A DNA stretch of 64,000 nt from Gracilinanus agilis (taxonomy: Eukaryota), in the NCBI RefSeq assembly GCF_016433145.1, contig NC_058135.1, positions 105,202,219 through 105,266,218 on the forward strand, read 5' to 3'. Shown piece after piece: positions 1 to 11,243 of the stretch. The stretch's first letter is position 1. Each line of letters starts with the position of its first letter. The notes beneath the pieces are model-generated. The model made no database searches and had not been told where the DNA came from. It was given only the letters and a program-made list of their open reading frames with translations. The position numbers and the translations under genes were made by a program.

Positions 1-639
1 ATTTAGCCAGCCAGATAGTCTCTGGGCTTAAATTACTCTATAGGAGACACTTTCAAATATGCAGCCTCTTCCAGGTTGATAGGGTACCATTTAGTAAATT
101 ACAGGCTGTCATTTTCAAATTCTCATCTAAATTAGTCAAAGCGGTAGTCCCATGAAAACATCATCGAGGACAAGCCTTAAGGCCAGCATTTCACAAGAAG
201 ATGCAAACTTGCCCCTGAGGTTGTCACTGACTATAATCTCCAATCGATTGAATTTTTCAACACCTAGGACTCTATCTAGATAGATGGCTTGTGGTGTTTG
301 AGTGACAGCATTTTTTATGTAAGTCAAAAAATATACACTTTAATGCTTGAGTCCAGTTTCAATCGACACTTCAGAGAAAAAATGGACTGCTGAATTCTTT
401 GCCATAGAGAATCCCAGTGAGGAAACTTTCTCTATAGAGCTGCACCTGCTCTGTAATTTAGTCTTTGAGAGTTGCCTAGGGCATTTAGAAATTATAAATG
501 ACTTGCCTAGGGTCACATATCTAATATGTCCGGTCTGGTCTTTCTGACCCTAGGGGCAGCTCTCCATTATCACATATTTGCCTCTGTCAAACAACTAGTG
601 TGGATGTATAGCTGAATAGGTGAAAGGAAAAGGAGAAAA

Positions 640-1020
640 TAATAATATTTCATAATATTTATATTACACAATATATTTATTTATATATTTATAAATAATA
701 TATTTATCAAATAAATATATTATTATTTATAAATATATAATATAAACATATTATATATATTTATTGCTAAATATTACATAATATTTATAGAATATATAAA
801 TGGAAAAATAATAAATGATCAATTTATAGGTACAAATGTAAATGTGCACATATATGGGTGTATATATGTTAATCCTAGCCATATTAAATGCATATATTTA
901 TATGTATGTACATAAGTGTCCTTAAGTATGCACATCTTCTTAAATGTTTATATTTCTGTATATAAATATGTAACTATAAATATGCATATGTGTTTATAGA
1001 TATAGCTATATAAATGCGTT
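640..1020. repeat. AT-rich low-complexity / degenerate (TA)n tract
   Basis: Nearly all A/T with ATAT and TTTAT reiterations. Confidence 0.9.
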
Positions 1021-1689
1021 GATAGCTTCATTTTGGATCTTGGTTGGTTCACTCTTCATTAGACAGTTTGATGGCCCTCTTTTCCACCTCACCTCCATCC
1101 CCACAATCAGAATTACTGTGGCCATGTAATTGGCTTTAAGCGCACCATAGCTCAGAACTTGGCCTCCCCAGAAGCAGAGATTACAGGGCATACATCACCT
1201 TGTCTTACAAAATGAGTGAACGAGTCATGTTAATGCTATGTAACAGAGAATTCAGATGTTTCATGAACTGATTTTTCTTCAGGGGAAACTTAGTTGGGAA
1301 TCATGGACTTTGTAGGATGCATTTCCCTCCCAGTCTGAGAAGGGACTAGAATTTGATGGATCCATTTTGAGTAGCCCCTACTGTAGGGAGATCCTATTCT
1401 AGGATCTAGTTGAAATGAAATGGCTTGAAATTCTGAATCTAAGCCTTTTAAATCTCTAGTGCAACATAAAGTCTTTCAGGGTATGACTTTGGAGTCTCAG
1501 AATCTAGCACAGTGCTATACACACAGCAGGTACTTAATATATGTTCATTGAGTTGCTTGGACAGAACTTCTAAGACACTGGGAGCAGCCTAATCCTGAAA
1601 TGGAGGCAATTCCCAACCCCTTCCCCATCTCCTCTCCCCATATGCTCCTAGGGAGGTGTCTCACTTGTTTCTTCTCTCCTCCTCACCAG

Positions 1690-1870
1690 GATCTGTCACT
1701 GTGAGGGAGATGATGAGAGCCCCCTTATCACCCCATGTCGCTGCACAGGAACCCTACGGTTTGTTCACCAGGCTTGCCTGCACCAGTGGATTAAGAGTTC
1801 AGACACTCGCTGCTGTGAGCTCTGCAAGTATGACTTCATCATGGAGACCAAGCTGAAGCCTCTCCGAAAG
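1690..1870 (+). CDS. MARCHF1: MARCH1 internal coding exon, RING-CH (C4HC3) domain; phase 2 start, phase 0 end
   Basis: Acceptor ...ctctcctcctcaccag ends at 1689 and donor gtacag starts at 1871. After the first G, 60 codons read [72 protein letters not shown] and KYDF match MARCH1 rather than MARCH8 (HCTGSLHF, LQQW, KYEF) as I recall those proteins. Confidence 0.96.
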
Positions 1871-2368
1871 GTACAGCATTATCAGCATCATTATCCCAAA
1901 AAACACAAGCTAATGGTTGGACAAGCAGATAGAGGATTTTAAAGACCCATTTCCCTCCTCAAAGGTGCAATGACATGGATTTAACATACTATGCAGAGCT
2001 GATGGAACTTAAAACAACGTTAGAAAGGTGCTTACTCCTTTGGGCACCAAGGACTGTGTTTGGCTAATGTACCAGGTTTGAAAAGAACCCCACATCATCC
2101 ATTATTTTTTGTCAGTAATTCTTTTTCCCAATTTTCACATTCTTTTCACACTCCTACTGGGACAAAAATGAGAAGGAAGACAGAATTTATGTCTAATGTT
2201 TATGCAGTTGAGTTGTCAAAACCACTAGACTCTCCACTCTTAACTTACCAAGTCATGCCCATTCTACCTTCAGGTTTCTTACATATGTTTCTTTCTCTCC
2301 ATTCATAGAACTACCTACCTCATTTGAGCCTTGAATACATCTTCCATGGTTTATTGCAATAAGTTTCT

Positions 2369-2565
2369 TTTTCTTTTTTCTTAAACCCGTACCTTCCGTC
2401 TTAGAATTAACACTACATGTCAGTTCTAAGGCAGATCAATAAGGGTTAGGCAACTGGAGTTAAGAGACTTGCCCAGAATGTACAGCTAGGAAGAGGTCCC
2501 ATTTGAACTCAGGTTCTACCAACTCCAGGCCTGGTTCTCCATCTACTAAGCTACCTGGTTGCCCC
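2369..2565 (-). mobile_element. Diverged opossum-type tRNA-derived CORE-SINE (SINE1/2_Mdo-like)
   Basis: Poly-T, then aaacccgtaccttccgtcttagaatt (tail), core gacttgcccag, and head ...gctacctggttgcccc on the reverse strand. Confidence 0.8.
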
Positions 2566-2579
2566 TGTAATAGATTTCT

Positions 2580-2711
2580 TTTTTATTTTTTTTAAGAAAA
2601 TTTAATTTAATTAATTAATTCAGGATATTTTCCCATGGTTACAAGATTCATGTTCTTTTCCTCCCCTCCGTCATAGCCAACACACAATTCCACTGGGTTT
2701 TACATGTGTCA
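2580..2711 (-). mobile_element. Severely 5'-truncated L1 3' end (L1_Mdo-like)
   Basis: T-rich tail plus ttttcccatggttacaagattcatgttc...aattccactgggttttacatgtgtc, matching the L1 ends at 21421, 24638 and 36822. Perfect 14-bp TSD tgtaatagatttct at 2566-2579 and 2712-2725. Confidence 0.85.
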
Positions 2712-2725
2712 TGTAATAGATTTCT

Positions 2726-3272
2726 AATTGGTCTTCCCACCTCAAGTTTCTCCTCCATTCAACCCCATCTTCCACACAGCTGCCAAACAAGTGTGTGTTT
2801 GTTTTCATATAAGGCCAACCGTGTCACCCTTCTACTTGATAGATTCTCTTGGCTTCCTGTCATCTCCAGGATCAAATATGAATTTCTTTGTTAGTTATAT
2901 GATAGTTTGGCCCTCTTTCTATCTTTCCAGTCTTCCTACATATTATTCCCTTTATGCCCACTATAATCCAGCCATACCACCCTACTATCTAGTACTCACT
3001 CATTCTCCATTTCTTGTCTTTATGCCTTTACCTGAAATTCTTCATGTCTAGGAAGTTTTCCTTCTCATCCCAGCTTGTGTCGCCTTCCAGGAGGCCTTCC
3101 CCAGTTGCTAATGTTGTCCTAACTTCCATCACCTGAATAGTATGTTAAATCTGCATCATTTCACCCGCAAGAATGTAAACTTCTTCAAGGAAGGGATTAT
3201 TTTTTCTTTTTATCCCCAGTGCTTAGCACAGTGCTTGACCCTTAATAGACACCTGTTGATTGATTCATTTAT
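2726..3272 (+). mobile_element. L2 LINE 3' fossil
   Basis: Typical L2 3' motifs ending gtgcttagcacagtgcttg...ttaata...tgttgattgattcatt. Confidence 0.7.
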
Positions 3273-4737
3273 TGACTAATGTGCAAGTTGATGAAGTTAC
3301 GAGTAGAGCCAAAGGTAAGTGGTCCATGACACCGACTAATCTTATTTCTTAGATGATAAGCATTAGATACCAGAGAAGAAGTATTCTTCCAAAGTAAGTC
3401 TTTTTGGGGACTGTTTGAGGTGGTTCAGTTGGCTTTTGTGAATTATAAAAGAAGAAAAAGAATTGACAGCGTGGACTATATCTCACGCTCAAAGGGAAGG
3501 GGGTTTCTCTTATTTTTCTTGGTTTTCTCATCCAAATACATTACCTCATCTCAGCCATATCCAGCTAATGCTTTTAGGACCAGATCATATTCAGGGTATG
3601 AGTCTGAAAACAAGATTAGCTTCTAATTCGGAACTGAATAAGGACAGTTTCTAGAAGCTTCTGCTCAACAGAATGAATGCAGGACACACAAAGCATTTCC
3701 AGAGGTCAAAGCTCTCCATCCCAGTCATTACCCCCCCAAAACTACCTGCCTCACTACGTGCTTGCAAGTAGGAATGCCATAGCCTCCACGTGAGAAGGAG
3801 CATGAAGCCCGAACTACTGAAATAATGAAAGTGCTCAGAGACATTTTCGTTTGAATGAAATATAAGTTGTGTGGTGAAGAAGAAGACTACTGTTTTAGAC
3901 GAGCACAAATGAAAAGCCAAACAGACGATGGCCAGTACCTACCGGGGCTGCTGTCCATCTTCATCCTTCATTAGTTCTGCAAATGATGGAGAAGGAAGCT
4001 GACTCTATTATTAATAAGGTTTTAGGGATTTTGTAAGACCTTTCATCTGAAGATCTGAAAGTGGTTTATAAATATAAATATGACACAGAACCCCTTATGG
4101 AGCAGGTTTTGCCTTCTCAACAGATGTGGCAGCCAAGGCACCAAGAGGTTGTGTTCTTTTATTCCCAGTCCCAAAGCAATCAATGCCAGAAATAGAAACA
4201 AACCCTACCCTCTGCTTTAGCCACTGAACAGACGCCGTTGAGAGTAGAGAAATGGCATACTATTTAGCCCCATGAAGATTTAAACTGTCTACTCTTAATA
4301 CTCAAGGACTGACAAGCTGTTCCCAAACATCTGCAGAGAATACTCCCATTCCTCATTTTCTGAAGAATCTTTCATTTCACCTTTGTGAAAAAGAATCCAA
4401 GGCAGAATGCAGCTGCCCAGGTGAATAAAATGGATCATTCTCTCTGTCCCCCAAACACTTTTAAAACCATGAAGAGATTGGGAGGCTGGAATATACCTTG
4501 AGAGATCATTTAGTTCGTCACCAGCTGCCTAAGAGAGAGCTATACCTCATGAGTCCAGCTGGAGAAAGACACCACTGATTTCTTTTCTCCCTCCACAGAG
4601 GACTCTCTATATTCTATCCCATTGTTTTACAGTTGGGATAGGAAATCCTTTCAGCCATCTAATTATGATGAACCCTCTAGGAGCACTGATCATCTCTGGT
4701 TCCTTTGTAAAATGTCACAATGACTAGTAAGCAGCAC

Positions 4738-4896
4738 AACTCCCAATGGGCACTCATCCATTCTGATTGAGCAAATCAATTCCCAAAGAGCACCCATCCA
4801 TTCCACTTGAGCAAATTGACTCCCATTGGGCACCCATCCATTCTGATTGAGAAAATTGACTCCCATTGGGCACTCATCCATTCTGATTGAGCAAAT
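4738..4896. repeat. Minisatellite, 4 copies of an exact 40-bp period
   Basis: Units start at 4741, 4781, 4821 and 4861; consensus tcccattgggcacccatccattctgattgagcaaattgac. Confidence 0.95.
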
Positions 4897-5189
4897 CCCA
4901 AGATAACTATTTAATGCCTTGGCTCTTGCTCTATCTTAAGTGGTGCTGGAAAACAAGCTGCTTTTAGTGTGATAGGGGAAAGAATATTGTTCTTGAAGTC
5001 AGAGGGGCTGGATTCAAATTCTGCCTCTGAAACTCACTAATTAATGGTGTGACTTTGGGCAAGTGTCCTAAATTCCTTCTGCTTCAGTTTTCTTCTGTAA
5101 CTGAGGAGGTTTGACTAGATGATCTCTGAAATTTAATCCAACTCTGTCTGATCCTTTAATATGTTCTGCAAGTATTTTAGGAGGATAAT

Positions 5190-5430
5190 TGGGGTAGTTA
5201 AGTGGTCAGGCCTAGAGACAAGTCTTGAGTTCCTTTGTGGCCTCAGACACTTCCTAGCTGTGTGACCATCAGCAAGTCACTTAATCCCAAGTGCTTATCC
5301 CTTACCATTCTTATACCTTAGAACCAATACTTATTATTAATTCTTTATTGATTCTATTGATTCTTTATAGATTCTATTGATTGATAATTAATTCATTATT
5401 GATTCTAAGAGGGAAAGTAAGGTGTTTTTT
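5190..5430 (+). mobile_element. Older CORE-SINE with expanded tail
   Basis: ggcctcagacacttcctagctgtgtgacc core, then cccttaccattctt...agaaccaatac tail, ending gattctaagagggaaagtaagg. Confidence 0.75.
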
Positions 5431-5450
5431 TTTTTAAAAAGAGAGTATAG

Positions 5451-5660
5451 GGGGCAGCTGGGTAGCTCAGTGGATTGAGAATCAGGCCTAGAGACGGGCG
5501 GTCCTAGGTCCTAGCCACTTCCTAGCTGTGTGACCCTGGACAAGTCACTTAACCCCCATTACCTAGCCCTTACCACTCTTCTGCCTTGGAGCCAATACAC
5601 AGTATTTACTCCAAGATGGAAGGTAAGGGCTTAAAAAAACAAACAAACAAACAAATAAAT
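5451..5660 (+). mobile_element. SINE1_Mdo-like element with small internal deletion
   Basis: ggggcagctgggtagctcagtgg head, full tail and A-rich end. TSD aaaaagagagtatag (5436-5450) / aaaaagagggtatag (about 5662-5676). Confidence 0.9.
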
Positions 5661-6969
5661 AAAAAAGAGGGTATAGTTAAAGAAAGTTGTGAGAGAAAGT
5701 CATGTTGAATAAGCTCTAATGTAGAAAAAAGGAGGCTTTTTTTTTTCTAGGATGGTTGTTGACCAGATATAGAAACATGAACAAGCTATTCCAAACCTCT
5801 GAGTTTCCCCACTTAGAAAAGTTATTGTATCAACTATAAAACTTTCTAGAATGTAATTGAAAAATAGTAATGTCTGGAACATAATTTCAGATCATGATTC
5901 AATAGAACGTTGCATATGGGTAATTTTATTTAAGAAATATAATGAATTAATTTGCTTCAGCAGCACAAATTTATTACATTTTTCTTCCTGTAGCTTTTAA
6001 GGGGTTCTCAAGGTCAGTGCCTAATAGATCCCTTCACTTAGAGAAATGTGGAAGTCTGTGCAATTAATTGCAATCTCCACCTTACTTTTATAAGAATCTA
6101 AAGGCCAACCCTATGAAATCATTAATTTAGCTAATGATTCTAAAGACCTCCCTCCAGCCTCTAAGGGTATGAGGTGACACTGAAATAATACACTTTCCTT
6201 TAAAGGAAAGGGGCAATGTGGTCCTTAAAAGGAAGATCAAAACATGAATTACATCCTACTTCACTGATTAATACAATAAATGCGCCCCCAACAAATCCAC
6301 TAGTAAATACATCAAGGTTGTTTCCACAGGAGACCCTTTAAAGGCACCAGTGATGCCCTGAGGATTCTTTATAGAAAAGTGATTTATATCATCTCTAAGC
6401 ATTTAATGCTTCTATTTCAAGAAAAACCTTATTATTCAGAAAGATTCCACCAAGTCTTTGGAGTGTCAGGAGCAGTTTTAAGGGTGCTGGAGAATCAAAT
6501 GGCCACACATTTAGAAAGCTTGGTGACTGCAATGCAACTGGGAAAACATAAACAAAAGCATTTGGGGAACAACATGAATTCATCTACTGTCCCATAAGTG
6601 AAGAATTGTCTTAGCTTTTAGGCTTATGATCTCAGTCTCTAGATGAGTTAGAGCCAAACTAGGAGTTAAATCCAAACCCCTTAGCTCCATTCAGTTTCGG
6701 TTTTTGACAAAATAAAGCAAAGAAATGGGCGTGTCCTATTAGGGCATCTTTTTGGGCAGCACAACCATAGTAATGTACTGTTGATAGAGCTGTATGGAAG
6801 GAAATCTGGAACTATCCCCAGAAAATTAGTCATCTGTGTAGGCTCTTTGACTCAAAGATACTTTCACCAGGCCTATATCTTAAAAAAATCAAAGAAAGAG
6901 GGAAAATATAGCAGTTATTTTTGTAGTGCCAAACTGCTGGCAAAAGAAAAGGGTACCCACCATTTTGGG

Positions 6970-7415
6970 GATTGACCAAGCAAATTATGTTTCATAAATA
7001 TAATGGAATTCTACTGTTGCGTAAGACATGGTGAAAATTATGATTTCAGAAAAACCTGGAAAGACTTTGTGAACTGATGCAGGTTGAAGTAAGCAGAGCT
7101 AGGAAAACACATATAACAACACCAACATTGTAGAAACAAGTAATTTAGGAAAACTTAAAAACTCTGTTCAATGTGATCACTAACCTTGATGCTACAAGAC
7201 CAACAACCACCATGCTATCTACTTGCCAACAGAGAGAGAGGCAGTGGACTCAAGGTGCAGGACAAAACATACACTTTTGGAAATGGCCAATATGAGAATG
7301 TGTTTTTGCTTGACTCTGCACAATTGCTACAAGAGATTTCTTTTTTTTTTTTTGGGGGGGGGGGTGGAGGGAAGAGAGGAAGGAGGGTGAGAAAATACTT
7401 TTCAATTAAAAAAAA
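6970..7415 (+). mobile_element. Old marsupial L1 3' end (ORF2 C-terminus plus 3'UTR)
   Basis: aaatataatggaattctactg and aaaacctggaaagactttgtgaactgatgcag correspond to the ORF2 MEYY and WKDL-ELMQ motifs, followed by a G-rich tract and an A-rich end. Confidence 0.75.
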
Positions 7416-7904
7416 TTTTATCTCACAAGTAATAAGCAGTATTGGGGCTCTAACCATCATCACATGGTCTAATGAATTAGAAGTTATTTAGTGAAGGGCC
7501 CTAAAAGTAAATGTGACCAAATGTAAAAAAGGAGGAACATAGTGAAGTCATTTTTCAGAAAACTGGAGTTTTCCTTTCTTTAAGAGCTACAACAATTATT
7601 TCTTTAATTTTTAATAGAAATATTTCTAAAATGTATCAGCATTTCCCTATCTTCATAAACAGTTTAATGTATATAATTTCACCACTTGGAATTATCATCA
7701 GGAAACTTCTAAAGCTTCTAAATGTACTGCAATCCAGTGAGAAGCTCAGGTGGTATTAAGGTATACAGAGTTGTCAGCTATTGGATCCAGATTGTGTTGT
7801 TGTTTTTTAAATTCTTTGTCTATTCCTTATACATACATACATACATACATATACATATATATCAGGCTGTGAAACTATTACTTTCTCAAGCGCCAATATG
7901 TTTT

Positions 7905-8139
7905 TGTTTTTCTGTCATGTCTAACTCTTCCTCACTCCATATGGGGTTTTCTTAGCAAAGATACTGGAATAGTTTGCTATTTGCTTCTCCAGCTATTTTA
8001 CAGATGAAGAAACTGAGGCAAACAAGGTTAGATGGCTTGCCCGGGATTACACACCTAAAAATGATCTGAGGATGGATTTGAACTTGCGTTCTCCTGACTC
8101 CAGGTGCAGCACTCTATCCACTACCCCACTCAGCTGCCT
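7905..8139 (-). mobile_element. MAR1-like CORE-SINE (RTE-derived tail)
   Basis: ggggttttcttagcaaagatactggaatagtttgc tail plus ttttacagatgaagaaactgaggc core. Confidence 0.8.
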
Positions 8140-8744
8140 GGTACCTTCCTCTAACAAACTCTTTCCCTCACTCATGCCCTTCCCCCTTTCACTTGGATAT
8201 TCTTCATCTTCCACAGGCTGAGAAGTCAGATAATCAAGTTTTTAGGACTGCACATAAAACAGAAGTAAATAGATTCTTAGCGAGTAGCTTGGAGATAGCT
8301 GTGAAGATGCAACAGTGGAGGTGGCAGGGGGTGGGCACTGTATAAGCAAGTAAGTCAGTATGGTCCAGGGGATGCTTTAGGAAAGGACACATAATGTGAT
8401 CTTAGTAATCATGGGAATAGTCACAGCATGCCACATTGGAAAGGATATCCCTGCACATGAGCCAGGGGATCACAGTGGAGCTCAAGGGACCTTAAGGTCT
8501 CTCTCCTTCAGTGGAAGCTCCCCATATCTCTCTCCTTCCTCATGAGAAGGTTCCCAGAAGTTAATTGACCCTTGGAACCCCCTTGAGTTTGGTCTTCAAA
8601 GCTCAATTTACCTGCCTGGAATCACACATAGAAGCATTACTCTTCCCTCTTCAAACCTGCAACTTTAGCTCCTCCCCATCATTTTCCTTCCATGCCATCA
8701 AGTGCAGACATAGCCTTCCCCTCCCAACTTTGCTTTGTGAACTT

Positions 8745-8930
8745 TAATCAAACACCTCTTGTAGGCCACTACCCTTCTACATTATATTGTCTTTCCCTAT
8801 TAGAATGTAAATTCCTTGAGGACCAAGTCTATTTTCCTTTTAATATTTAAATCCTTAGTGCTTCTCCCAGTGCCTAGAATAGAGTAGGCACCTCAAAAAT
8901 GCTTTTTCATTCATTTATTCATTCATTCAT
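8745..8930 (+). mobile_element. L2 3' terminus
   Basis: tattagaatgtaaattccttgagg...cccagtgcctagaatagagtagg...cattcatttattcattc. Confidence 0.7.
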
Positions 8931-9869
8931 CTGGGATCCAGTTAACCAAGATGAAGTCTCTCCTGTAGGCTGCTTCTCTACAATGGATGGACACGTCTGG
9001 GGGGAAGAGGAGAGTGTTGACTTTCTTCTTTTCTTGATGTGAGAGAAATTGAGGTTCTTATAGAAAGACAAAGAAAACTCTCTTTGCCCTCTCCCCTGGG
9101 ATCTACACTTATGTTTTCTGAATTATGGGGAGAAGTCATCTCCTTCAAACAGGTATTATCTCTCTCCCACATGTGTTTTCATTCATGTTCCTTCTAACAG
9201 GTGGTGTCTCTTTCTTTCCCTGTTCCCAAGTTTAGGCTTTAGGTCCATCCTGTCAAGACCTAACCTTATCTTTGATCCCACCCTCCTTACTCCAGCCAGA
9301 TTCATCTCAATGACTTCTTCTTAACATGGTTCACCTGCTCCCACCTACAGGCCTTGGGCTGACCATGTCCTGAACCTGGCTCCTGCCCCAGCAAGAAATA
9401 CATAAGAAGCTTCCTGTCTAAGGTAGAAGCTGCCTCAATTGCAAAGTCTCTTTGTCACAGGTATCTCAGGTCTGTTGATCTTGACTGTTTACCTACCTTG
9501 TTTCCTTCCACCTTTGCTTTGGCCTGCAGCACCCTGACTTCTGACAGCTTGCCTGGCTTCTGACCCCTGATCCTAGACTTTCTCTAAACCAGCAGCTTCT
9601 GGGCTTTGTCCAGGTCTGGCCTGCTCCTGATGCCAGCCCCTACCTTTTGCTCTCAGCTTTGACGCACTCTCGATTGCAGCCTCTGACCCTTGAGACACAT
9701 TGCCAGGGTTGGCATGATACAACTGCAATGTAGCATGTGGTCCCAAGAGCCTTTTTGCCATTAACAGATTCTGAATATTGGACTGGATGGTTTAACCCAA
9801 TATGGTAGATTTTATACAATCTTATATCATGACTAAAATAACATCTATATTTTCTTCCCAAAGTCAGTT

Positions 9870-10960
9870 AGTCGGCAACCTACTAATTAGAATAGCCTGT
9901 GTGCATAACACTACTCTAGGGGCTCTAGGAAATAAAAAGATAAATTGATACATAGATCATGGCAGTAGGATTTGATTTTCAATGAATCTAACTTTCTCAA
10001 TTTATTCATAAGGAAACTGAGGTTTCATGGCTTGCCAAAGGTTATACAAATGTAACGTATTTACAATCTCTTATCCTCAGAGAGCTTGAAATTTAGTTGA
10101 CTGACTATGACACATACAAAAGTGCAACAACTATGTAATAAATATAAAATAAAAATGTAATAAATATAGAATCTAGTTGACTTGGCACATACAAAAGTGC
10201 AACAACTATGTAATAAATATAAAATAAAAATGTAATAAATATAGAATTTAGTTGACTATGACACATGCAAAAGTGCAAAAACTAAATAATAAATATAAAA
10301 TATAAAATGAATATAAGGATGCTAAAGACTAGAATAGGTTAGAAATATAAGAGAGGGTTAAAAATGCAGTGAGAATTGAAGAAAGAAAAATCATTTCAGA
10401 TCAAGGAAGGCTTAATTCCATATATATAGTACTTCAATAAAAAGAGAAGGAAACCAGAGGAATTATAAATAAAAGCAGAAGTAGGAAAATGCTAGAAATA
10501 GATTAGATTTAGAAAATAGTCTAATTTCAGACAATAGTTCAATTTGAAACAGAGTAGATATGTGGGGAAAGGAGATCAGAAGAAAGGATGAGATAAAGCT
10601 ATTAGTCTGAGGAGTTTAAATTCTACCCAGGGGACTCTGGGGAGTTATTGAAAAGTTTTGAGCAAAGAATGATGTCTCTGCATATGGAAGATTAATAGAG
10701 CAATGGTGGTTTGGAAGAGCAAGAGAGTTGGGAAAGAAATAACAGGAGGCTGTTGCAATTATTCAAGTCAATAACCAGGGTCTGTAGCAGAGTAATGGCA
10801 TCTGGAATGGAAAGTTGGGGAAATATTCAAGAGATATTACAGAGTTCAAATTGATAAAGCCTGATAAGCAGCTGGATGTGAGAAAGGAGAAAAGAGCCAA
10901 AAATATTACTCAAATTTTTATTTACCTGGGTGACTAAATGAATATGAGGAAGTTAGTAAT
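9870..10960 (-). mobile_element. L2 fossil block (fragmented, MIR insert near 9960-10050)
   Basis: Purine-rich reverse-strand L2 motifs such as ttgaaaagttttgagcaaagaatgatg and aaaattttatttacctgggtgac. Confidence 0.55.
10088..10310. repeat. Tandem repeat, about 3 copies of 75-76 bp
   Basis: cacat(a/g)caaaagtgcaa recurs at 10111, 10186 and 10262, with conserved intervening aataaatataaaat. Confidence 0.92.
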
Positions 10961-11204
10961 AAGTCATTCTGTAGGAAAATATTTTAAGTTCTGTATTAAA
11001 TATGTTGAGAATTCCCAGCATATACAGAACTCTATCTGGATACTCTTTCCAAAAAGGAAATAAAACTGAAGCCACCCTCTAAACCTGTGATAGTTTTGAA
11101 AATTGAGACTTAACTTCTTATGCTTCTTCAAGTTTTAGATTCGTCCCAAAGAATTCTGAGTTGCTTTAGTATTCCATATGTAGATGTTAAGTGAGCTAAT
11201 TAAG

Positions 11205-11205
<1 letters not shown>

Positions 11206-11241
<36 letters not shown>
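11206..11241. repeat. (CA)n microsatellite
   Basis: About 17 uninterrupted CA units. Confidence 0.98.

Positions 11242-11243
<2 letters not shown>

Noticed and set aside
1-350. Possible CR1/L3 RT fragment on the minus strand
   Set aside because: Only vague similarity; I could not recover diagnostic motifs such as DFSKAF or FADD.
1656-1856. 66-aa ORF overlapping the RING exon
   Set aside because: It is an alternative frame of the real exon; the coding frame starts at 1691 and has no ATG start here.
5451-5520. tRNA-like A/B box sequences at SINE heads
   Set aside because: tRNA-derived SINE promoters without a cloverleaf; not tRNA genes.
9351-9460. Possible cryptic exon (ctcccacctacAG ... cagGTATCT)
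   Set aside because: Weak donor, stop in the fourth codon, no supporting context; expected by chance in a 53 kb intron.
4738-10310. Regularly spaced repeats considered as a CRISPR-like array
   Set aside because: The units are contiguous tandem copies with no unique spacers, in a mammalian intron with no cas genes.
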